DNA of 64,000 nt, taken from Candidatus Kerfeldbacteria bacterium (lineage in GTDB: Bacteria; Patescibacteriota; Patescibacteriia; SBBC01). The stretch is taken from positions 235,320 to 299,319 of the forward strand of contig JAZDNT010000002.1 of assembly GCA_043799405.1 (NCBI GenBank), read 5' to 3'. The notes under the pieces are model-generated. The model was not told the DNA's origin and made no database searches. It saw only the letters and a list, made by a program, of their open reading frames with translations. Position 1 is the first letter of the stretch; each line of letters opens with the position of its first letter. A program made the position numbers and the translations under genes. Positions 34,410 through 45,140 of this stretch are shown one piece after another.

Positions 34410-35147
34410 TTATTTTTTAAACGCCTTTACCTTCCCACGTGGTGGGTAGCGAAGATCGTGTGTATGCATCACATAGTTCGAATATGCCAGTCGTTTTTTT
34501 TGCTCAAAACGTTGAAATCCACTTAACCTAATCCGTTCTTTCGGATCCTTATAGGCAGAGATTTGAGCTTTGATGTCAGTAATATAGAACCATCGAAAAC
34601 CTCCCAGCCAGGCTCGTCTACAGTAATCGGCGTCTTCACTACGACGGCTAACCGCTGACAAATAACCCAATTTGCCGAACACTTGTTTTGAAAAAGAAAA
34701 GAAACAGCCAGCTAAATTCCAGTATGGCCATGGATCCAAGTAGTGGCGTCCATTTTTGGCTAATGCGAAACCACTCATGTAGGTATAAGCACCGAGTATG
34801 GCTTTATCTTGCCAGTCTCTATGCGCCTTCATTAATGTGTCAACCCAGTTACTACTTTGGATGGTAACGTCGTTATCGAGGATGGTATAATAATCCATCC
34901 TAGGGTAACGTCGTAGGGCTACATTGACGCTTTTCGGTTTACCGATGTTTTTTTCGTTGCGCTGGAGTAGGATGGCAGGATTTTTTGCAATTAATTTCTG
35001 TATCGCCGTTCTTGTTTTCAGGTCGCTATGATCATCGGCAATAAGTAATGTGCTTTTTTTCAGATCTGTCGTCCGCACCAGACTCCCAATACAACGCCGA
35101 GTAAGCGTCGGTTTATTATATACGCAGACAATAATAAGGTGTTTCAT
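34410..35147 (-). CDS. Family 2 glycosyltransferase
   Basis: IIVCVYNKPTLTRRCIGSL...LIADDHSD...ILDNDV fits the GT-A fold (DxD) pattern. Confidence 0.8.
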   Translation of the reverse strand: MKHLIIVCVYNKPTLTRRCIGSLVRTTDLKKSTLLIADDHSDLKTRTAIQKLIAKNPAILLQRNEKNIGKPKSVNVALRRYPRMDYYTILDNDVTIQSSNWVDTLMKAHRDWQDKAILGAYTYMSGFALAKNGRHYLDPWPYWNLAGCFFSFSKQVFGKLGYLSAVSRRSEDADYCRRAWLGGFRWFYITDIKAQISAYKDPKERIRLSGFQRFEQKKRLAYSNYVMHTHDLRYPPRGKVKAFKK

Positions 35148-35193
35148 AAAACCATTTTAGTATGCACCCGGGTCGTACGATACTTGGTTCTCT

Positions 35194-35523
35194 TGGCGGA
35201 GAGGGAGAGATTCTCCCGCTCCTTTTCTTAATATGCGAAACGATTCGCGGGATCCCGCCCATCGAGGGCGGGAGAACTCTCGATCCCGCAATATGGCGGG
35301 ATAACGGTTTAGTCGCCGCCCCAGAGCGGAGAGGGAGAGATTCGAACTCTCGAAGCGAGTATAACCCCGCTTAACGGTTTAGCAAACCGCTGCCTTCAGC
35401 CACTCGGCCACCTCTCCGCTCTGGGGCGGGATCCTCGTCCCGTTTTATGGCGGGACGGGACAAACCGCTGCGCCTGCCCCGCACCCATTGTGGTGCGGGG
35501 TTCAACCGCTCGGCCACCTCTCC
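35194..35523 (-). tRNA. Triply interrupted tRNA-Ser(GCU)-like gene (outer) containing the intact tRNA-Ser(GCU) in its anticodon-loop insert
   Basis: Colinear parts: GGAGAGG TG GCC GAGCGGTTGAA | 24-nt hairpin | CAGGCGCA GCGGT TTG | 148-nt insert | CTAA ACCGT TA TCCCGCCATATTGCGGGA TC GAGAG TTC | 60-nt insert | GAAT CTCTC CCTCTCC G CCA. About 2-4 extra nt near the D/anticodon junction remain unexplained. Confidence 0.5.
35327..35417 (-). tRNA. tRNA-Ser (anticodon GCU)
   Basis: GGAGAGG TG GCC GAGTGGCTGAA GGC A GCGGT TTGCTAA ACCGT TAAGCGGGGTTATACTCGCTTC GAGAG TTCGAAT CTCTC CCTCTCC G. CCA is not encoded. Confidence 0.9.
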
Positions 35524-35552
35524 GCTCTGCGCCCTTTGATCGCGTTAGAGCG

Positions 35553-36206
35553 TTATCCCTTTGCAATGGTAAGTGCGGTGATGTGTTCCATTCCGGCTTC
35601 GCGGAGGACGTGCGCAACCTCGGAAATCGTTGCACCGGTCGTGAACACGTCGTCGATGATTATACCACGTTTCGGTACAAAATCAACGGCGTGTGCTAAT
35701 GCGAATGCATGCGCGACGTTCCTGGCGCGCTCGTTCTCATGCAGCGTGACCTGAGGAACAGTGTTCTTAATCCTGATGACCAGCGGCATGACTGGTATCT
35801 TGAGAACGGACGCTGCTTCTTCAGAGATGAGCATTGCCTGGTTAAACCCGCGCGAGCGTTGCCGTTTTGAATGAAGCGGTACGGGTATGATACAATCAGC
35901 CGTTAAATATTCTTCTGCAAGTTTTCCAAGCGCGCGACCGAGGATGGTGCTTATAACCCTGCCGCCGCCATACTTGAGTTGCTTGATGACTTGCCCGAGG
36001 ATCCTTGAATCGTACGAACCAAGACAGAGCAGACGGTCGACGTGTTTTACCGGTTCAGCGCGGTCGATATGAGGACCGCACGATAAAAGGCACGATTCGC
36101 ATAGCCATACGCCGTCGGTGCCGCACCCGCGGCAAGAAGGCGGAAAGAGGATATTGAGAACTAGTTCGCGGAGATGGTGAATAATCGGTGGCATAGTACG
36201 CGCCAC
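35553..36206 (-). CDS. comF: ComF-family phosphoribosyltransferase-like competence protein
   Basis: N-terminal Cys cluster (CRGCG...CESC). The C-terminal PRTase motif is IIIDDVFTTGATISE. Confidence 0.85.
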   Translation of the reverse strand: MARTMPPIIHHLRELVLNILFPPSCRGCGTDGVWLCESCLLSCGPHIDRAEPVKHVDRLLCLGSYDSRILGQVIKQLKYGGGRVISTILGRALGKLAEEYLTADCIIPVPLHSKRQRSRGFNQAMLISEEAASVLKIPVMPLVIRIKNTVPQVTLHENERARNVAHAFALAHAVDFVPKRGIIIDDVFTTGATISEVAHVLREAGMEHITALTIAKG

Positions 36207-36230
36207 CGAAAAACGTACTGGTCGTTAGTA

Positions 36231-38741
<2,511 letters not shown>

Positions 38742-38818
38742 TACGGAATATTAGTGTAGCATGGGATGAAACGTGCATAAAGTATGCGCCATCCTAATGC
38801 CGCATATGTCTAGTACGA

Positions 38819-39724
38819 TCAATGAGCGCCCATGGTGCGGAGCGCTGCGATCCGTTCCTCGATCGGCGGGTGTGTCATGAACAGTCGTGCGAACCTCTTT
38901 GTACTACTTCCGAACGGATTTGCAATAAAGAGGTGAGCCGTTGCATCGTTCGCCCGGAGCATCGGTCGGGTGTTTTCCTTTTGGATCTTCTCGAGGGCGC
39001 GTGCGAGACCATCGGGGTACCTCGTGAGCAGTGCTCCCGACGCGTCCGCGAGGAACTCTCGGCGTCGCGATACCGCGAACTGGACCAGCTGGCCTATGAT
39101 GGGAGACAGGATGAGGAGAACGATGCCGATGATGGCAAGAACGCCGGCTGCATTGCCGCGGCTGTTATTATCCCGTGATCCGAACCTTCCGGAGTAGAAG
39201 AACCAGCGGGCGAGCAGTGTTATTACGGTTACGAGCATGAGAACGAGCATCATGTACCGCACGTCGTAGTTCTTAACGTGGCTCAGTTCGTGAGCAAGCA
39301 CGCCTTCGAGCTCCTCGTTCTCCAGTTTTTCTACTGCGCCGGTTGTCACGGCGACTGATGCATGATTCGGATCACGTCCGGTCGCAAATGCATTGATGGC
39401 CGGATCACTGATCACGTACATTTTTGGTACGGGCATACCGTTCGCGATGCAGAGATTTTCGACCATGTTAAAGAAGTACGGATTCTGTTCTTTCGTGATC
39501 GGACCTTGCGCACCGGACGTCGAAAGCGCGATGCGATCGCCGGCATAGTACGCAACGAACGTCATGGTGAACGCAACGAGCAGCGCAATAACGAGACCAC
39601 CAGGACCGTAATCGGTAAGCGTTCCGATGACCCAGCCGATGAGCGCGACGAAGAGCACGAAAAAGACTACGAGCACAGCGCTTTTCCGTTTATTTCCCGC
39701 AATAAAATCGTAGGTAGTCGCCAT
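38819..39724 (-). CDS. htpX: M48-family zinc metalloprotease HtpX
   Basis: Four TM helices and the HELSHV zinc motif. C-terminus reads THPPIEERI. Confidence 0.9.
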   Translation of the reverse strand: MATTYDFIAGNKRKSAVLVVFFVLFVALIGWVIGTLTDYGPGGLVIALLVAFTMTFVAYYAGDRIALSTSGAQGPITKEQNPYFFNMVENLCIANGMPVPKMYVISDPAINAFATGRDPNHASVAVTTGAVEKLENEELEGVLAHELSHVKNYDVRYMMLVLMLVTVITLLARWFFYSGRFGSRDNNSRGNAAGVLAIIGIVLLILSPIIGQLVQFAVSRRREFLADASGALLTRYPDGLARALEKIQKENTRPMLRANDATAHLFIANPFGSSTKRFARLFMTHPPIEERIAALRTMGAH

Positions 39725-39735
39725 TGGACGTTAAA

Positions 39736-39802
39736 ACATTTGACTGTTGACACATGACATTTGACGGCATCCTTCTTTAGTCAAACGTCAATGGTCAAAT
39801 GT
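39736..39802. promoter_or_regulatory. Array of TTTGAC / GTCAAA repeats in the lemA-htpX gap
   Basis: ACATTTGAC at 39736-39744 and 39757-39765. TTGAC at 39747-39751. AGTCAAA at 39779-39785. CGTCAAT at 39786-39792. GTCAAATGT at 39794-39802, which is the reverse complement of ACATTTGAC. Confidence 0.4.
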
Positions 39803-39804
39803 CT

Positions 39805-40359
39805 CTAGAACTGGACTTTTACCGGCTGTTTTTCGTCCTCGCCTTCTACCTGGAAGAATTCCTTTACCTTAAAGCTGAACATGTTCGCGAGAACGTTCGT
39901 CGGAAAGGTCTGCAGTGCGGTGTTGAAGTCGCGGACATTGCCGTTGTAGAAGCGGCGCGCTGCCTGGATCTTGTTCTCCGTGTCGGAGAGTTCGTCCTGT
40001 AGCTTCGCGAAGTTAGTACTCGCCTTTAGGTCGGGGTACGCTTCTGCGATCGCGAATATCGACTTGAGGGATTCGGTGAGCATGTTCTCGGCCTTCGCTT
40101 TATCCGCCATTGACTGTGCGCCGAGCGCTGCTGCGCGCGCCTTCGTAACGTTTTCGAACGCTTGACGTTCGTGTGTCGCGTATCCCTTGACCGTTTCGAC
40201 GAGGTTCGGGATAAGGTCGTGACGCCGTTTGAGCTGGACGTCGATATCCGACCATGACTCATCGGTCCGGTTGCGAAGACTGATGAGACGATTGTATATC
40301 CCGGCGATGATCAAGATCACGAAGAGGATGATGCCGAGGGTTATCCAGAGTCCGGTCAT
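39805..40359 (-). CDS. lemA: LemA-family membrane protein
   Basis: N-terminal TM helix, then YNRLISLRNRTDESWSDIDVQLKRRHDLIPNLVETVKGYATHE, typical of LemA. Confidence 0.9.
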   Translation of the reverse strand: MTGLWITLGIILFVILIIAGIYNRLISLRNRTDESWSDIDVQLKRRHDLIPNLVETVKGYATHERQAFENVTKARAAALGAQSMADKAKAENMLTESLKSIFAIAEAYPDLKASTNFAKLQDELSDTENKIQAARRFYNGNVRDFNTALQTFPTNVLANMFSFKVKEFFQVEGEDEKQPVKVQF

Positions 40360-40406
40360 AGTAATTGTCCTTTCATTTATTAGGGGTAACGATACAACGG
40401 GTAGTT

Positions 40407-40913
40407 TTAGAGCACATCAACTTCTAGGGCGGTAGGCGAAGCGTTCTCTGAAAGCGGTTGAGGTATCGTAATCTGTACCGAGCTTCCGGCAGCGACCTGC
40501 GTTCGGGCGATCGTGGTCTTCGTTCTCTGCGGAAGAGCTCCGCGCACGCTCGCGACGGTCGTCGGGATAGGACCGAGCGCGTAAAATAGTGTTCCGTTTG
40601 TCAGGTTAACGCGGACGTATCGTTCGGTCGCAACGCCGTTAACGACGAGCATCATTCGAACGGTGAAGAAGTCCTTGTTGGCGTTGTCTTTAACCGTACC
40701 AGTGATGGTCAGCGAATCTGTTGGCGTGTCCGGTAATGTTCCTCCCGAAAGTACGTCAGTGCCGACTTCTGCGTTTCGATCGGAGGATTTTGATTGATGG
40801 GTATACATGTAGGTATAGATCGAGAGCGCTGCGAGAATGGCTGTGAACGCAACGACCAGGGAAAAAAGATGGTGGTTGTGGTGTTCTGATGCTTTGCGGG
40901 GAGGAGTGCTCAT
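40407..40913 (-). CDS. Hypothetical membrane-anchored protein (168 aa)
   Basis: N-terminal TM helix (LFSLVVAFTAILAALSIYTYMY) followed by a beta-rich domain. Confidence 0.65.
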   Translation of the reverse strand: MSTPPRKASEHHNHHLFSLVVAFTAILAALSIYTYMYTHQSKSSDRNAEVGTDVLSGGTLPDTPTDSLTITGTVKDNANKDFFTVRMMLVVNGVATERYVRVNLTNGTLFYALGPIPTTVASVRGALPQRTKTTIARTQVAAGSSVQITIPQPLSENASPTALEVDVL

Positions 40914-40975
40914 AGAACTATTTCGATATTGACGAAGTCTTAGGAAAATGGTGTTTTATCATACAGCTGTAACAG

Positions 40976-41004
40976 TCGACTATTTCCGTCCTTTATGGTA
41001 GTAT
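40976..41004 (+). promoter_or_regulatory. Possible extended -10 promoter for the secreted-protein cluster
   Basis: TCGACT, a 17-nt spacer, then tgg-TAGTAT (40999-41004). It shares the ttatgNta context of the pilus promoters. If real, the GTG at 41008 cannot be the true start codon. Confidence 0.3.
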
Positions 41005-41007
41005 ATA

Positions 41008-42132
41008 GTGGAATCAACGTACGGTCAAAAAAGCAGGAATACAACTTTTTTCACTTACGTGCGTATAAAGAAAAATCACACCTTTTTAAGGATTGGAGTT
41101 TTCGCCGGCAGCGCTCTGCTGGTTGTTTCTCTGTATGGCATGTCGTCGAATCCACTGCTCGCTGAGGTAGGATGGAAAGACAACGGTCAGTGCGGCATGC
41201 CATCAGGATCGCTCGCATGTATGGTCGGTGCGCCGATAAATACTTCAGCCTCGACCCAGACAAAGACCGGTCCGCTCACGCTCGAGAACGGGCTTACTAT
41301 CAGTAATCCGGACGGTCGTCATTGTTCCGGTGATATTTCTGTTCCCTGTAGTGGGGCAAACCAGCAACTGGCGAACAAAGTATGCGTCGTTGAAAACGCA
41401 GGCAACGTCTGTCTTAGCGCTGCTGACCTCTTGATTTTTGGTGGGACTGATTCTGGTGGGCTTGAATGGAACGGGGTGACGAAAAGAAGATGGTCAGACA
41501 TCGATCTCGCTCAAGGGAATTTCGTTACGATACGAACAGAGGGTTACGATCCCTCGTTCGATCAGACGGGATACATTTCGGTGAAGGGACCCGACGCTGC
41601 GGTCGGGAGGATCATTGCAGTAGGTGCAACTGCAGGCCCTCCAGCAGAGAATGCTCCTACGGCCGGTATCTTTGCCCATGATAATTATTCTTCGAGATTT
41701 CCGTCATACGCAGTAAACGCGCGGACCGGCACGAATGGCGGCAGTAGCAACATCGCGGTGTACGCATACACTACGACGAACGCGAAGCTTTCGTGGGCAG
41801 CGTACTTTCGCGGCAACGTCATAGTCGATTCGCCCTATGACGTCATTGTCAGCGGAACGGCACCACCAAACAGCGGGCCGCCGGCAAACAATACGTTAGC
41901 GGAGCTCTGTATCGGCGATGAGTGCCATCAGACGTGGCCGGGACCCGGTTCCGGCGACGATTTGTGGGTCGATTCAAGCGGCTTCCTGCAGGTTAGGGAC
42001 GCAACGTGGCAGCTCGCCATCGGAGGGAATGACGCGAACGCACCCTTTATCATCACACCCGTACCTTCCCAGGTTGAGGCGAACCTGACAGTGCGGGGTT
42101 TTGGATCGAGCAGTAGTCTCACGATCGAATAA
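41008..42132 (+). CDS. Secreted paralog family, member 1 (up to 374 aa; start uncertain)
   Basis: Signal-like GVFAGSALLVVSLYG. Family motifs PINTSASTQTKTGPLTL and LCIGDECHQTWP. An alternative GTG start is at 41059. Confidence 0.7.
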   Translation: MESTYGQKSRNTTFFTYVRIKKNHTFLRIGVFAGSALLVVSLYGMSSNPLLAEVGWKDNGQCGMPSGSLACMVGAPINTSASTQTKTGPLTLENGLTISNPDGRHCSGDISVPCSGANQQLANKVCVVENAGNVCLSAADLLIFGGTDSGGLEWNGVTKRRWSDIDLAQGNFVTIRTEGYDPSFDQTGYISVKGPDAAVGRIIAVGATAGPPAENAPTAGIFAHDNYSSRFPSYAVNARTGTNGGSSNIAVYAYTTTNAKLSWAAYFRGNVIVDSPYDVIVSGTAPPNSGPPANNTLAELCIGDECHQTWPGPGSGDDLWVDSSGFLQVRDATWQLAIGGNDANAPFIITPVPSQVEANLTVRGFGSSSSLTIE

Positions 42133-43715
42133 TGGAATACCGCATGAACTCACGATTCGCCATTCCGCTCGGCATACTCGCGCTCGCTGTCGTGTCGCTG
42201 CGTGCTTCAGCTGCAACGTGGGTTTCGCCTAGCAGCTCTGAACCGGGCGGGAACGTCGCACCTTCTCTCAATACGTCCTCCGAGGAACAGACGAAGTTCG
42301 GTGGGCTTACGATCCAGTCCGGTGAGCTGACCGTTACCGGAAGACCGTTGCGGGTAGGCGGTTCACCGACGGAACTGAGCAAGATATGTTTCGTTAATGC
42401 GGCCGGAACGGCCGACTGCAGGTCAGGCTGGGGGGAGGTCGTGACGAATCCAAATGCGCTCAGCCTTTTCCCACAGCCGTACGATCGGGGGTACATAAGC
42501 CTTAAAGGCCCTACGGACAGTAACTTTCACGGTACGGCGGTCAACGCAACCGTACGCGGGATCGCGGGGTCGCCGACATCGACCATATCGACCTTCGGGG
42601 TGCTCGGCGAAGCGTCGTCGGAAGAAGGGGAAGAAGGGCAGAGTTTTGGCATTCAGGCGCAGGCAAACGTTGCGGACAACGCTGCATTGTTTGCCGAAAC
42701 TGTATCCGGAACCCTCTGGGGCGGTTACTTCAGCGGTAGTGTCCTCATTACCGATCCGCGCGGTGGAACATGCGAGAATGACAGGACGATTCCGTGTGAG
42801 AGAGATTCGCAGTGTCAGGGTGAAGGAAATTCATGCATACCCTTTCCGAGCCTCATCATCGGTGGGAACGGTCCCGAAAGTGGTTTCCGAAAAGACCTCG
42901 GGTACATCTGTCTCGCCGGGGTCTGTAAGAGCGAGTGGCCTGTTATCAGCGGCGCCGGTTACTGGACCGGTACGACGACGTTACAACCGAAGCCAGAGTT
43001 TATCGGGCGCTCCCTTGCCGTTGGAGGGGCGGGTTCATCCGCGCCAGTGACAGTCGCCGTTACAACCGATGCGAACTATAATCCGATAACGGCTGATATG
43101 TCTGTACGGGGAAACACAGCGTTCGGCCAGTACGTCGTCGGGACACCGCCGGGGAACGCCCCGATCATTACAACGTGCGGGGATGGTAAGTGTACGGGTC
43201 TTGAGAACGGTACAATCGGATCACCCTATTACTGTTCGAGCGACTGCGATTCAACGCCTCCGGGTAATGTAATCCCGGCACAGTACCTGATACATAGTTG
43301 TGATCCTTCTGGTGGTTGGTGTGATCCAAATTCTGATACCTGCGAATTTCAGGTTTGCAAAAGGAACCCAGATGAACGATGCGGTTTTAGCTACTACTGC
43401 CCGAGGAACCCGGACTGGACCTTCTATCTGTACTGGCAGAATCCATATAATTCACCGGATTACGCAGGAGTGAAGGTCATCATCCGAAACGACCGATACC
43501 CGACTGGCCCGGATGACGTCGATAACGTCTATCCTCCTGTGCAGGGTTTTATTGCAGGTCCTGAACAGACAGGGTACGAAGCGGATTGTACTGCCCACCA
43601 CAATCGCCCGTACTTTGTTGGCATGTACTCATTTGATACGTCTGGTAATTACTCAGGGGGGGTTTTGACGTGGGGGGTATGTACGAACGTCGAAGTTATG
43701 ATTGTGGAACCCTGA
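42132..43715 (+). CDS. Secreted paralog family, member 2 (527 aa)
   Basis: Signal peptide ...VVSLRASAATW. Motifs LNTSSEEQTKFGGLTI, ICLAGVCKSEWP, CGDGKCTGLENG...CSSDC. FN3-like LYWQNPYNSPDYAGVKVII. TAATG overlap with member 1. Confidence 0.8.
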   Translation: MEYRMNSRFAIPLGILALAVVSLRASAATWVSPSSSEPGGNVAPSLNTSSEEQTKFGGLTIQSGELTVTGRPLRVGGSPTELSKICFVNAAGTADCRSGWGEVVTNPNALSLFPQPYDRGYISLKGPTDSNFHGTAVNATVRGIAGSPTSTISTFGVLGEASSEEGEEGQSFGIQAQANVADNAALFAETVSGTLWGGYFSGSVLITDPRGGTCENDRTIPCERDSQCQGEGNSCIPFPSLIIGGNGPESGFRKDLGYICLAGVCKSEWPVISGAGYWTGTTTLQPKPEFIGRSLAVGGAGSSAPVTVAVTTDANYNPITADMSVRGNTAFGQYVVGTPPGNAPIITTCGDGKCTGLENGTIGSPYYCSSDCDSTPPGNVIPAQYLIHSCDPSGGWCDPNSDTCEFQVCKRNPDERCGFSYYCPRNPDWTFYLYWQNPYNSPDYAGVKVIIRNDRYPTGPDDVDNVYPPVQGFIAGPEQTGYEADCTAHHNRPYFVGMYSFDTSGNYSGGVLTWGVCTNVEVMIVEP

Positions 43716-43738
43716 AGTGAAGTTATGACTATTGATTT

Positions 43739-45115
43739 ATGAAATCCTCTGTAACGCCTCGACAAAAGATTCAGCAAAGGAGTCTGCTCGCAGTTACGAT
43801 CGCGTTCGTCACCGCGGGAACGCTAGTCGGGCTCCGAGCGCTTGCGCAGTGGAACGGTGTTACCTCGCCCGTTCTTGTGTACCCCTCCGGGTTCGTTTCG
43901 CCGCTCAACACAACGAGCGTATCGCAGACGAAGGAGGGACACCTGAACGTCCGGATGAGCGTGTACGCCCAGAGCGGACTCGTCGTAAATGGAGTTACAA
44001 TATGCTGGAATAGCTTGAGCGAACAGGATGCCTCGGACTGTAAAAATGAGTGGTCCGAAGCCGGAAGTAAGAACTACGTGACGCTGCAGGACGTCGGCGG
44101 TAAACCGGATGACGTCGGCACGGTAAAGCTCATCAATAACTTCGGAGATCTAGGAGTGCCGTTCAGCATGATGGCGCAAGCATCCAGTCCCGGCACCGTA
44201 GGCCAACCGAGTTCTGCTGTCGAGGGAATCGCAGCATCCGACACTGAAACGTTCTTCAGCGCAGGGCTTGCCGGATCTGCGGGGACGACCGATCTCGTTG
44301 ACCACTTCGGTATCTACGCGACGAACGGGGGTGTACCGGCTGTTCCCGCCGGCAGGTTCAGGGGGAACGTCGGTCTTCGGGGAAAAGCTGGTGAGAGCAG
44401 CCTTGTCGTCGGCAGGGCATTCGATGCTGTTACTGGAGCCATCTTACCCGAAATACAGTTCATGCGGAACAACAACCGCACGGTCGTTTGCCTGAACGGG
44501 GACTGTCGGTCTGCCTGGAGTGCTTCAGGGGAGAGCATATGGATTCGTAACACAGGTACCACACCAGACACACTATGGCCGGGTTCGGACTCGAGGGGGC
44601 TCAGTATAGGGAACGGCACGTTTACGGTCACCCCAAAAGCGAATCTTACCGCGACGGTTTCGATTACAGGCGGTCTTACGACGCGGACAATGACCGTAGG
44701 CTCGCCAACAGGGTACGTCGCCGATCCAGTGAAATGCGGAGACGGTACGTGTAGTACCGGAGAAAACACCTCATCGTGCCCTGACGATTGCGACTTCTTT
44801 GCTCCAGGCGCGATAAGCGGCTTTGCTCCTACGTTAGATGAGGAGACTGATACCGTGTTGTTCGTTTGGACAAACCCTTCTAGCAGCGACTTTGCAGGAA
44901 CGAGGGTCGTGTACAGTTACGGCATGGTTCCAACGGGTCCGAACAGCGGACAGCACACTGACGTATTCGGCAATCCAGGAGGTACCTCAAGGTTCACAAC
45001 GCACCAGCTGAGCACCGGTAGACACTTCTTCTATTTCTACCCGTACGATAATTCGAGAAACGGCACACCACGGAATTTCTGCACGGACCCCTATGAATAT
45101 GACATTACGAGGTGA
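43739..45115 (+). CDS. Secreted paralog family, member 3 (458 aa)
   Basis: TM/signal segment LLAVTIAFVTAGTLVGL. Motifs LNTTSVSQTKEGHL, VCLNGDCRSAWS, CGDGTCSTGENTSSCPDDC. FN3-like FVWTNPSSSDFAGTRVVY. Confidence 0.8.
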   Translation: MKSSVTPRQKIQQRSLLAVTIAFVTAGTLVGLRALAQWNGVTSPVLVYPSGFVSPLNTTSVSQTKEGHLNVRMSVYAQSGLVVNGVTICWNSLSEQDASDCKNEWSEAGSKNYVTLQDVGGKPDDVGTVKLINNFGDLGVPFSMMAQASSPGTVGQPSSAVEGIAASDTETFFSAGLAGSAGTTDLVDHFGIYATNGGVPAVPAGRFRGNVGLRGKAGESSLVVGRAFDAVTGAILPEIQFMRNNNRTVVCLNGDCRSAWSASGESIWIRNTGTTPDTLWPGSDSRGLSIGNGTFTVTPKANLTATVSITGGLTTRTMTVGSPTGYVADPVKCGDGTCSTGENTSSCPDDCDFFAPGAISGFAPTLDEETDTVLFVWTNPSSSDFAGTRVVYSYGMVPTGPNSGQHTDVFGNPGGTSRFTTHQLSTGRHFFYFYPYDNSRNGTPRNFCTDPYEYDITR

Positions 45116-45140
45116 CTAGTTTTATAGAACAGATATAGGT

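Noticed and set aside
31539-35754. Short ORFs across the tRNA loci: 31539-31757, 31724-31909, 32595-32888, 32624-32818, 32893-33087, 33017-33319, 35162-35374, 35396-35635, 35488-35754.
   Set aside because: They overlap tRNA genes, tRNA fragments and hairpin repeats. Their reading frames are by-products of GC-rich structured RNA sequence.
39736-39802. Calling the repeat array a bona fide CtsR operator
   Set aside because: The heptads match (A/G)GTCAAA, but they are not arranged as the canonical direct repeat with a 3-nt spacer. No ctsR gene is visible, and the immediate clpC upstream region (38742-38818) lacks the heptad. It is kept only as an unexplained regulatory-looking array.
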